Notes under the pieces: generated by a model
What the model saw: only the letters and a program-made list of their open reading frames with translations
The model's database searches: none
Told to the model about the DNA's origin: nothing
Shown: positions 46,801-55,070 of the stretch, piece after piece
Layout: the number at the start of each line of letters is the position of its first letter
Numbering within the stretch: the stretch's first letter is position 1
Position numbers and translations under genes: made by a program
Origin: Candidatus Bathyarchaeia archaeon
Lineage (GTDB): Archaea; Thermoproteota; Bathyarchaeia; Bathyarchaeales; Bathycorpusculaceae
Assembly: GCA_049969855.1 (NCBI GenBank)
Contig: JBMFOB010000007.1
Coordinates: forward strand, 1 to 57,984
Direction of reading: 5' to 3'
Length of the DNA: 57,984 nt

Positions 46801-48455
46801 CTAAAGTATTCAGCCTCTTCAATCTGGTATTTGTACTCCTCAGATAGGAAATGCGCTTTGACATTCATAAAAAATGGAATTGTGAAAAAAGCTGTTAGAA
46901 GAAACACCGTTATCGCACAGACGGCTAAAAACTTAAGAAGATTTTTGCTCCTTGTGATGAATTTTATGTCTTGAGCCGGAAATATGAGAAATATTAACAG
47001 AAAAAGTATCATAAAAACGCCATATATTACGACGCAGTTTGCGTGGAAACCAGCAAGAAAAATTGACAAAGCTATAGTTGAATATAATATATCCTTAAGT
47101 TTTCCTGTTCTCAAAGCTCGGTCAATAAATAAGAAAATCAATGGAGCAAGAGCATAGCTGAAAACCATGTCAACATGTCCCTCTGTCAACTGAGAGAAAA
47201 GCAATGGGTTCAAAGTGTAGACCATTACGGCGAAGAAAGCGGCAATGTTATTATGAGTGTGGCTGTATGCGAAGGTGTACATGGAAAATCCAGCCAGCAG
47301 AAATGAAAGGAAAGCGAAAACTTTGATTGTGAGGACGGCGTCTACAAACACGAAATGAATAAGCATAAAGAATAAGTCAATGAGATTTATTCCTTCAACG
47401 AAGCCAAAAGAGTATGGACGCCAAATGTAAAGCCACCTATAATCCCTAGCGAAAATGTATTCTCTGGATATCCACCCAAAAATGTCGTTTCCAGCTGGAG
47501 CTTCGTTTGTGAAAAGAAAGTTTCTAAATATGATTAACGCAATTAGTGTGAAGAGAGCGGCAGTCATTAGCATGCTCCTTTTTTCACGAATCTTCGCAGC
47601 AATTTTTATTAGATTCTCCTTCGGAAACCACTTACCTACAACTCCAACACATACTCCAAGGAAATAACCTAAAAACTCCAACCCCTTCATAAAAGAAAAA
47701 GTTAACAAACCCTTTAGATTCCCAACGTAGGCCCCAATTTTCTGAATGGATGTTAAACGTAAAACTGCGTATCTTTTTAGAGCGTCTTTTGAGGCTTTCT
47801 CAATTAGATTGGGAAGTGTTTTGCCATATTTGTATGCTTTCACGCCAACATTGTAGATTGATGGTAAATTCTCAAAATGTAGGATTTTAAATTTAATTTT
47901 TCCAACCTTATATCTGGAGGCGGTGAACTTTTGAAAAAAGTGAAAGTCTTCTCCGCAAACTAGTTTTTCATCAAATCCTTCAAGTTTTAAAAAAACATCT
48001 TTTTTAAAGAAGCGGGGAATTTCCATCAATTCTTTTAAATCAGAGAGAAGTTTCCTTTCACTTTTCCGCAGTTCACCAATGATTCCGAAATTCGCATCTT
48101 CCTCAGGTATTATTATGGCTTGAATATTGCTTTCCATGCATTCTCTAACGCATTCTTCGACGATTTTTGGGTTAAGTTGCATGTCAGAATCTATGAAAAG
48201 CAGAAACTCGCCCTTCGCCTTTCTCGCTGCGTAATTTTTGGCTTCGCTTCTTTCGCATTTTAAAAGAAACACTTTCGCTTTAGATTGTCTAGCTATTCGT
48301 ATGGTATCATCTGTGCTGTAACGGTCCACTACTAAAATTTCAATTCTTTTGTAAGTTTGCTTCACAATGGATTCTAAGCATTGTTTTATGGTTTTCTGGG
48401 AATTGAAAGTTGGTATGATTATAGAAACAAGCGGCGCCGTTTTTAGCTTTTCCAC
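43863..48455 (-). CDS. GT2 + multi-TM GT-C-like (AftD/YfhO/PTPS-related) + CBM-like and F5/8 type C modules + C-terminal TM
   Basis: N-terminal GT2 (VSIIIPTFN, VDRYSTD, FIDSD, GFDE...ED); long multi-TM region with EGH motif; AADGNLTTRWAS..PQWLQI discoidin motif; LVLSESYNPLWKA..NGF YfhO-type C-terminus. GTG start after GAGGAGG. Confidence 0.8.
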   Translation of the reverse strand: MEKLKTAPLVSIIIPTFNSQKTIKQCLESIVKQTYKRIEILVVDRYSTDDTIRIARQSKAKVFLLKCERSEAKNYAARKAKGEFLLFIDSDMQLNPKIVEECVRECMESNIQAIIIPEEDANFGIIGELRKSERKLLSDLKELMEIPRFFKKDVFLKLEGFDEKLVCGEDFHFFQKFTASRYKVGKIKFKILHFENLPSIYNVGVKAYKYGKTLPNLIEKASKDALKRYAVLRLTSIQKIGAYVGNLKGLLTFSFMKGLEFLGYFLGVCVGVVGKWFPKENLIKIAAKIREKRSMLMTAALFTLIALIIFRNFLFTNEAPAGNDIFGWISREYIFARDYRWLYIWRPYSFGFVEGINLIDLFFMLIHFVFVDAVLTIKVFAFLSFLLAGFSMYTFAYSHTHNNIAAFFAVMVYTLNPLLFSQLTEGHVDMVFSYALAPLIFLFIDRALRTGKLKDILYSTIALSIFLAGFHANCVVIYGVFMILFLLIFLIFPAQDIKFITRSKNLLKFLAVCAITVFLLTAFFTIPFFMNVKAHFLSEEYKYQIEEAEYFSAANLTEAFTLGATEEGGYIKIVNIRGFGLPDFPVQTFLFCIFLISYSAILVRRDRYTVFFLMASVISVFISKGPNPPVGDFFTWAWLNIPYFAVFRRPSRWEMMTAFSNAFFVALFVTFLLNYIVKKPEKSKNNVLSVKMENFRHKHVKEFYVSINFLSKWFSAFRKIFRFAGIAIMILIILSGPISCWFFFYNGLLTYKIPKDYVEPFQWMAEQPGQYKIITVNKSPGEWENDPNAGTDFAFCRMLNEIGWVHDIGFDSSIFHDKPVLQDGGWEPASKAFVDYLRQGLVYSNATDDFLKILGLFDYKYVVIPSYSSEKVKNFILNQEGSSIIYNESNSLIVENGYFTQEIFSPKDFVIVTGGLETFPSLCKIDSFNLNETALFFINPNSAEQILSNGKIDFSKALVLTSGANLTDIVIPLLGDSAKFIKTKDYAVPSSDKKKYWISTSFWRDMGKLAPGEETLTTCGKNKVQIPFAVNSDGEYELWIRIAFAPDRGKLNLYIDDEFLTEIAPTADYWVAVKWVKVANLNIKNGSHILTLQNDGSGYNDVEAICIVEKSIFQAKLNEFIEKIQSSENKIIHVIQPEDFLEENKIQKWTIKVEPYEGHALSGEDALLNISPEGTISASSTQILQNVEYEAKYAADGNLTTRWASALNQTAPQWLQINWTNPQEIVAVKVLFETAYAKDYLIQAWDDEKSEWLTLVNMSEVDGTSCPQINNGISCLHIFEKPINTTKLRIYITAFSTWPLVSIWELETYKIATSTTLSILRDGNYRCFIRVNSTSENGKIYLKLGEKTSEISLSNSSNKYEWFDAGTFRLNAGEQRLSIGTIGKVGIGQILLYSLSENENLNLSELFTCKTNAPAVEYEKVNPCTYKVRVNASEPFLLVLSESYNPLWKALVGDEEISPVPIYSIVNGFFVNKTGNLTMTIQFTGQTYVDVGLKIALTSLIFIAAVILTPSKFFNKLISKTKALKRKLKP

Positions 48456-48542
48456 TGAGGCCTCCTCGTTAGCCCATGCAGAAAATTTGTTTATGAATCT
48501 TCTTTCAAAAATTGAATAACATTCAGTTTCCGAACTCGAATA

Positions 48543-48767
48543 TTACTTCCTAAGAAACTTCAACTTTTCTGGAGTTTTACTTTTTTCGCCAAAAGCGTAG
48601 ACTTCATGCAGTTCAAATTTTGCTCCACATTCTTTACATTGAACATAACCAATATCACGTCTTATTCCAAGCCAAAATCCCTGTGTAGATTTGCATTTAG
48701 GGCATGTTTTGAAGTGGCTAAAGGCTTCTTCAAGCTCTTGTAGTTTCAAATGTTCTCCAATCTCCAT
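48543..48767 (-). CDS. Small C4 zinc-ribbon protein
   Basis: CPKC...CKEC; start ATG 48767 or TTG 48749. Confidence 0.65.
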   Translation of the reverse strand: MEIGEHLKLQELEEAFSHFKTCPKCKSTQGFWLGIRRDIGYVQCKECGAKFELHEVYAFGEKSKTPEKLKFLRK

Positions 48768-48841
48768 AATAATATATTTCTCTGAAAAACTTAATGATTT
48801 CGGTAAGCCTTTATTTGTAGGCAAAGACATTTCACTGGTGG

Positions 48842-49483
48842 ATGCCAATGAAGGTGCAAATGTTTACAGTCGGCGGATTACTTACAAACTGTTATGTTTT
48901 AGGCTGCGAACAGACCAAGGAAGCATTAATCATAGATCCAGGTTTTGACGATGGCGGTGAAGCAGAAAAAATCTTCAGTTTCATAAAAGAGAAATCCTTC
49001 TCATTGAAGTTTATTTTGAACACGCATGGGCATCCAGATCATACTTGCGGAAACGGAATTGTTAAGGAAAAATTTAATGTGCCAATCTTGATTCACGAGT
49101 TTGACGCTCCTATGCTTAGTGAAAAGGGTAAAAGGGTTGCCGATTTTCTCGGTTTTAGAATTTCTCCTCCAAAACCAGACATACTGCTGCATGATGAGGA
49201 CATTGTCAAATTTGGAAAAGTAACGTTAAGGGTTATGCATACTCCGGGTCACACTCGTGGAGGTATATCACTTATTGGTGATAAGGAGGTTTTCACTGGT
49301 GACACATTGTTTTTTGGTTCTATTGGAAGAACAGACTTTCCAGAGAGTTCCGAACCAGACATGAGGGCGTCTTTAAGGAGGTTGGCAACATTGCCTGACC
49401 ATTTTGTTGTTTATCCTGGGCATGGACCTATAACAACTATTGGCGAAGAGAAGCGTAGTAATCCCTTTTTGCAAGACTTATAA
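48842..49483 (+). CDS. MBL-fold hydrolase (glyoxalase II/YcbL-like)
   Basis: TNCY, IIDPG, THGHPDH, HTPGHT, TGDTLF, GRTD and PGHG motifs. Confidence 0.92.
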   Translation: MPMKVQMFTVGGLLTNCYVLGCEQTKEALIIDPGFDDGGEAEKIFSFIKEKSFSLKFILNTHGHPDHTCGNGIVKEKFNVPILIHEFDAPMLSEKGKRVADFLGFRISPPKPDILLHDEDIVKFGKVTLRVMHTPGHTRGGISLIGDKEVFTGDTLFFGSIGRTDFPESSEPDMRASLRRLATLPDHFVVYPGHGPITTIGEEKRSNPFLQDL

Positions 49484-50251
49484 TGCTTTTTTAAAAAGGT
49501 CTTCTTCTCTCGAGATTTGAAGTTCGTTTGCACTGCAGTTTTCACAAAATTGTACGATGTTACTTAAACCTTTGAAAATAACGACGGGTGTTGCCTCATC
49601 TCCTTGTCCCATAAGCAATTCTGCCGCAGCGGCAATTTCATCAGCAACTGCAACATTTTTCACCTTCAAAATTTGTCCGAAAAGGTCTTTTTTCCCACGG
49701 TAATCTTTGAAGGGTTTGATGCCTGCCAAGCCAATGGCGAAGTTTACTTGTCCTCGTTTGAAGGGGCGGCTGTATGTGTCGCATATTATTATGGCAACTG
49801 TTTTGCCGGTTAGTCTTTTGATTTCTCTGCGGCATTTTTGTGCTGATTCGTCGGGGTTTTCTGGCAATAATGCGAAGTTTTCTGTTCCTTCCACGTTTGA
49901 TTTATCTATTCCAGCGTTTATGCATATTAAACCTCGTTTGTCTTCCACCAATAGAACCTCACGGGAAGCCTTAACTATTTTTTTCGTTTCTCTCAGAACA
50001 AGTTCAACAAATTTTGGTCCTTTACCCGTTATCTTTGCAATTTCTTTAGCTTTCTTTGAGGGAACAACCTCTTTTAGCCTAACAATTCTTCCTTCGGTTT
50101 TTGAAAAAATTTTTTGGGCGACAACTATTATGTCGCCATCCTCGATGTTCAAACCATTTCTTTCAGCAGACTCCACAATTATTTTCGCTATGTTGTCTCC
50201 TAGTTTTATTAATGGAAAATCATTTAATGCAAAGGCTGTGAAAGTTTTCAT
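49478..50251 (-). CDS. cofE: Coenzyme F420-0:L-glutamate ligase
   Basis: QKIFSKTEGR, NAGIDKSN, LLPENPD.SA, DTYSRPFKRG, DLFG, ADEIAAAA.L.MG.GDE.TP. Confidence 0.92.
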   Translation of the reverse strand: MKTFTAFALNDFPLIKLGDNIAKIIVESAERNGLNIEDGDIIVVAQKIFSKTEGRIVRLKEVVPSKKAKEIAKITGKGPKFVELVLRETKKIVKASREVLLVEDKRGLICINAGIDKSNVEGTENFALLPENPDESAQKCRREIKRLTGKTVAIIICDTYSRPFKRGQVNFAIGLAGIKPFKDYRGKKDLFGQILKVKNVAVADEIAAAAELLMGQGDEATPVVIFKGLSNIVQFCENCSANELQISREEDLFKKAL

Positions 50252-50405
50252 TGTTTTCCTCCCTTGTCGTTTTATGGTTGTTCTCTTACGGCGTTAAATC
50301 TCTTGCTAATGAATTATCTTACAGATTTTGAAATTTTATTCAAGATTCATAATGCTTAAACTGTTACTGGCATAGCGATACTGATTAACTGAGAGATGTA
50401 GAAAC

Positions 50406-53369
50406 ATGAAGCGACAACTTAGATTATCCTTTATTTTACTAACTATGATTTTCAGCGTTTTCGGTTTTGCAAATATAACGTTATTTCCTGTTGTAAAGGC
50501 AACTTATGTTGGAGGTTTTATTACGCAAGACACTATATGGACGCTTGTTGATAGTCCCTTCGTAATTTCAAACGAAACCATTGTTTGCTCTAATGCCACA
50601 TTAACCATTGAGCCAGAGGTTGAAGTTCGGTTCGGAGGATTTTTCAACATAACAGTTGAAGGAAGACTCATTGCAGATGGCGCAAAGAATAAAACTATAC
50701 GGTTTACTTCAAACGAGCTTAAACCGAAAGCTGGAGCTTGGGGAACAATCAGATTTAATTCTACACAAGAATCTTCTTTGTCTAATTGCGTTGTAGAATA
50801 TGGACTGAATGGAATAACCATAGAAAATGGTCAGGTAAACATTCAAAACAGCACGATAAGGCATAATTCTGAAAATGGAGTTACAATTTCAGACGGTTAT
50901 GTGCGTGTTGAAGATTGCGAAGTTTTAAACAACACTATGGGCGGAATTTTCGTAAGCGGCGGTGGCCAAGTTAATGTTCAAAACAACGTTATAAGTGGCA
51001 ATGGCGACGGCATAATCCTGAATGGAGATTTAACATCCGAAATAAACATAACTCAAAACGAAATATCATTTAACCAGCACAGCGGAATACTATGCGAAGC
51101 AAACACTTATGGCAACACTAAAATCCTGAACAACACAATTTCCCAAAACTACTATGGCTTCTATGTGTCAAGCGATGCAGTTACCAACATTACAAGAAAT
51201 TACATTCTGAACAACAGCATTGGAATCTTCTACGAGAGCGGAACGGGTCACATAGCCCACTTTAACGACATAATTGGCAACAGCATTGGCATGGATGTTT
51301 CGTCTGGGGCTTCTGTTGATGCAACATACAACTATTGGGGCAGCAGCAGCGGACCTTATCATGAAACATTGAACCCTCGTGGGAAAGGAAACCCCGTGGG
51401 CGGAGACGGGGTTAATCTTGATTTCATCTTCTTCTTAACCCATCCCATAGATTACAATAATGCTCCTCCAACGGCAATCCTTTGGACAGACAAAGTTTTG
51501 GTTGCGTCAAATCAAATGGTTACTTTTGTTGGCACCGATTCATATGATGATGGAAAAGTTGACTATTACCTTTTTGATTTTGGAGATGGAAACAGCAGCA
51601 ATTGGACAACATTATCCCTTTTCACTCACAGCTATTCTTCCGAAGGAACTTATTCTGCCAGCTTAAAGGTTATAGACGATTTTAACACTACTAGTAATGC
51701 TGCTTCTGTAGAAATAAACGTTATAGACTTACGATCTTTGGATGTATCCTTCACTCTTAGTAATTACACTGTAGAGTATAACGAGGAAGTTTCGGTGACC
51801 GTTTATGTTTCAGATGGTGTGAGTGCTGTGGCAAACGCAAATGTCACGTTATTCTCGGTGAGGGGTGGAATTTTCACGCCTAAATCAGGTTTGACAAATT
51901 CCACGGGATACTTTACTGCTATATTTAAGGCGCCAAATGTCACTGACATAACCGATGTTAGAATTATTGCAAGGGCCTCAAAACTTTATTACGCAGACGG
52001 TTCAGCCCATGATTATTTGAAGGTTCTTCCACCGCTTACTGTTAAAGTGAGTGCTGAACCGCCGACAGTTAAGTCAGAGGAAACGGCATCTGTAACTGTT
52101 CAAGTATTGGACAGTTTTGAAATGCCAGTTGCAAATGTTTCGCTTGCCTTGTCTGCTGAGAATGGTGAGCTTTCGGCAACAACTGGCGTTACAGATTTGA
52201 ACGGCATGGCAGTTTTCAATTTCACAGCTTACCAGACTTTAACTGAATTGAATGCTACTGTTTTGGTTAATGCCACGAAAGCTGGTTATGGAATGGGACA
52301 AGGCGTGTGTATAATATCCATAGAACCTAAAGTGCTTGCTGTGGAAGTCGCAGCTGAACCGTCCATCATCATTTCTGAAACGTCATCCACCATAACTACT
52401 CACATAACATGTGATTCAATTCCAATTTCAAACGTTACGGTTACAGTTTCGTCCAACGCTGGTGGAAACTTTTCTTCAACATCAGAAATTACAGATTCAA
52501 ACGGCGATGCAGCATTTCTTTTTACAGCGCCGCAAACAACTGTTAGGGATGGGCTTAATGCCACTATTACTGTAAGCGCAGTTAAAAGTGGATACGTTGA
52601 TGGTGAAGGATATACGTTGATAACTATCCTGCCAAAGATACTTTCTGTTCAGGTTTCTGCTGAGCCTAATGCTACGGTTTCTGAAGGAAAAATAAACGTG
52701 ACAGTTCATGTGATATACGAAGAAAAACCAATTGCAGAAGCAAACATCACATTAACATCTGAAAGCGGTGGAATTTTCCTTCCAACTTCTGCCTTAAGCG
52801 GCGATGATGGCAATGCGCTCTTCACTTTCACGGCACCACAAGTTGAGGCTCCATGCAACATCACACTTTTAGCGAAGGCAACCAAAGATGGATATATTGA
52901 TGGAGAAAATTGGCTTAACATATCTCTTAGCCCAGGAATAATTGATGTCAATGTTATAGTTGAGCAATCCCAAATTGTTTCAGGAGAATCCACAACCGTA
53001 ACTGTTTATGTTAGTTGCAATCAAGCTCCAGTTTTTAATGCGTCAGTTAGTCTCTCATGTAGCGACGGAAATATCCCTATTATGACAAACTTAACCGACA
53101 TTAATGGTTACTGCACCTTTGTTTACGTCGCTCCTCAAACAACAACATCCATCTCCGTCAACATTACGGCTAACGCAACCAAATACGGATATGTAAGCGG
53201 TGAAAAACAAGTTTCAATAACTGTTAATCCGGAAGCAGCGCCTAGCGAAGGTTGGCCTTTGACGACGATACTTCTGATTGTTCTTATTCCAATAATTATT
53301 GCTGTGGTGGTTGTTGTTCTCATTAAGTTGAAGATTATTGAAGTTTCTGCGGGTGAGGAAGAGAGTTAA
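50406..53369 (+). CDS. Cell-surface adhesin: right-handed beta-helix + PKD + five Big_1 Ig-like repeats + C-terminal TM
   Basis: Signal peptide; I.NN.I..N..GI repeats; FDFGDG..HSY...G.Y PKD motif; five T(D/N).NG...F...AP repeats; C-terminal TM. Confidence 0.82.
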   Translation: MKRQLRLSFILLTMIFSVFGFANITLFPVVKATYVGGFITQDTIWTLVDSPFVISNETIVCSNATLTIEPEVEVRFGGFFNITVEGRLIADGAKNKTIRFTSNELKPKAGAWGTIRFNSTQESSLSNCVVEYGLNGITIENGQVNIQNSTIRHNSENGVTISDGYVRVEDCEVLNNTMGGIFVSGGGQVNVQNNVISGNGDGIILNGDLTSEINITQNEISFNQHSGILCEANTYGNTKILNNTISQNYYGFYVSSDAVTNITRNYILNNSIGIFYESGTGHIAHFNDIIGNSIGMDVSSGASVDATYNYWGSSSGPYHETLNPRGKGNPVGGDGVNLDFIFFLTHPIDYNNAPPTAILWTDKVLVASNQMVTFVGTDSYDDGKVDYYLFDFGDGNSSNWTTLSLFTHSYSSEGTYSASLKVIDDFNTTSNAASVEINVIDLRSLDVSFTLSNYTVEYNEEVSVTVYVSDGVSAVANANVTLFSVRGGIFTPKSGLTNSTGYFTAIFKAPNVTDITDVRIIARASKLYYADGSAHDYLKVLPPLTVKVSAEPPTVKSEETASVTVQVLDSFEMPVANVSLALSAENGELSATTGVTDLNGMAVFNFTAYQTLTELNATVLVNATKAGYGMGQGVCIISIEPKVLAVEVAAEPSIIISETSSTITTHITCDSIPISNVTVTVSSNAGGNFSSTSEITDSNGDAAFLFTAPQTTVRDGLNATITVSAVKSGYVDGEGYTLITILPKILSVQVSAEPNATVSEGKINVTVHVIYEEKPIAEANITLTSESGGIFLPTSALSGDDGNALFTFTAPQVEAPCNITLLAKATKDGYIDGENWLNISLSPGIIDVNVIVEQSQIVSGESTTVTVYVSCNQAPVFNASVSLSCSDGNIPIMTNLTDINGYCTFVYVAPQTTTSISVNITANATKYGYVSGEKQVSITVNPEAAPSEGWPLTTILLIVLIPIIIAVVVVVLIKLKIIEVSAGEEES

Positions 53370-53441
53370 AAAGTAATGTTTCGTAAGACGTAATATTTAA
53401 TAGACCGTACATATCATAATAAATGAGTAGGAGAAAACACA

Positions 53442-55070
53442 ATGGCGCGACTGAAGCTCAAAGAAACGTTAACTAAACTCAAAAGAGTAAGAATCAAACT
53501 TAACATCAAAAAGAAGCAACAAGTAGCCATTCCTCCACCACCACCAAAACCCATACCCAGAGGATATAAGGTTGTCGAGAAATATCCCCTCTATGAACCC
53601 TTCGCTCACGTTGCCATAGTACAATACCCAAAAACTGGCGAATACAAATACATATTAGATGAGCTACAACTTGACCCTCTCGAAAGAAGCGTTTACAACC
53701 GCATATTAGAAATTTTATTAGCGGAAATAGAGTCTCCAAAAGAGGAAATCCTTGACCCAAGAAAATTCTTCGCAGAAGAAGCCAAAAAAATTGTTGACAA
53801 ATACCGCATAAGCCTAGGATGGCTGCCCGACGTTTCATGGTACAAAATTCTCTACCACGCCGAAAGAGACCTTGTAGGTTTCGGCAAAATTGACCCATTA
53901 ATGCGGGACCCAAACATAGAAGATATTTCATGCGACGGAGTTAACAAGCCAGTCTATGTTTGGCACAGAAACTATGAGAGTATTGAGACAAACTTGGAAT
54001 TTGAAAATGACGAAGAACTTGACAACATGGTTGTTAAGCTTGTGCACATGGCTGGAAAGCATGTAAGCTCAGCCTTCCCCATAGTAGACGCTTCACTGCC
54101 GGGCAAGCATAGACTTGCAGTATGTTATAGACGTGAGGTTACGCCTTTTGGAACAGCCTTCACAATTAGGAAATTCAGAGAAGACCCATACTCAATAATT
54201 GACTTAATAAACTTGAGAACATTTTCGGAGGAGATGGCAGCCTACTTCTGGCTTTGTCTTGAAAATAGGGCTTCCATAATGGTTTTGGGTGGAACTGCTG
54301 CTGGAAAAACCACAGCCCTAAACGCTTTAGCTTGCCTAATTAAGCCTGGAAGCAAAATAGTAACAATAGAAGAGACAGCAGAGCTTAACCTGCCCCATGA
54401 CAACTGGGTTTCGCTCATTGCTAGACAAAGCTATGGCTTAGGTGGAAGCAGTGTTGGCGAGGTAACTCTCTTTGATCTGGTGAAGACTTCCATGAGGCAT
54501 CGTCCAGACATACTGATTGTGGGTGAGGTGAGGGGTCAAGAAGCCTATGTGCTTTTCCAAGCCTTAGCCACAGGACACGGTGGCATGTGCACAATGCACG
54601 CTGAAAACTTGGATTCAGCAATTAAGCGTTTAACTTCGAAACCTATGGACATTTCGCCCGCATATATTCCATTGATGAACATTGTATTATCAGTTCAAAG
54701 AGTTCACTTGATAAAAGGCGCTGAGAAGAAGGCGTATAGGCGTGTACTTAATGTTAATGAAATTGCAGATTACGAAGATTATAGATGCGCTTTCAAATGG
54801 AATCCGACGAAGGATGCTCACATACCCGCCTTCGATAAAAGTTTAATGTTGTCTTCAATTTCTGAGCGTATAGGTGCTACCAAAAAGGAGTTAATTGAGG
54901 AGATAAATAGGCGCAAGGAAATTCTTCGTTGGATGCGTGAACGTAATATAAGAAGCTACAAAGACGTAGCTGCCATCATTGCAGAATATTACGCTAGACC
55001 AAAGCAAATTTACGAAAAAATTGTTGCAGGGGAGGAGGTAAAAGCGATTGCCGTTTCTAGAAACCCTTGA
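53442..55070 (+). CDS. Type II/IV secretion ATPase (archaeal type IV pilus PilB/ArlI-like)
   Basis: DPNIEDISCDG, TIRKF, GGTAAGKTT, TIEET.EL, RHRPD..IVGEVRG.E, ATGH...TMHA. Confidence 0.95.
   Translation: MARLKLKETLTKLKRVRIKLNIKKKQQVAIPPPPPKPIPRGYKVVEKYPLYEPFAHVAIVQYPKTGEYKYILDELQLDPLERSVYNRILEILLAEIESPKEEILDPRKFFAEEAKKIVDKYRISLGWLPDVSWYKILYHAERDLVGFGKIDPLMRDPNIEDISCDGVNKPVYVWHRNYESIETNLEFENDEELDNMVVKLVHMAGKHVSSAFPIVDASLPGKHRLAVCYRREVTPFGTAFTIRKFREDPYSIIDLINLRTFSEEMAAYFWLCLENRASIMVLGGTAAGKTTALNALACLIKPGSKIVTIEETAELNLPHDNWVSLIARQSYGLGGSSVGEVTLFDLVKTSMRHRPDILIVGEVRGQEAYVLFQALATGHGGMCTMHAENLDSAIKRLTSKPMDISPAYIPLMNIVLSVQRVHLIKGAEKKAYRRVLNVNEIADYEDYRCAFKWNPTKDAHIPAFDKSLMLSSISERIGATKKELIEEINRRKEILRWMRERNIRSYKDVAAIIAEYYARPKQIYEKIVAGEEVKAIAVSRNP

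Noticed and set aside
51700-53230. Repeated DNA segments in the adhesin
   Set aside because: Diverged protein-level Big_1 repeats, not a CRISPR array or DGR template/variable repeat.
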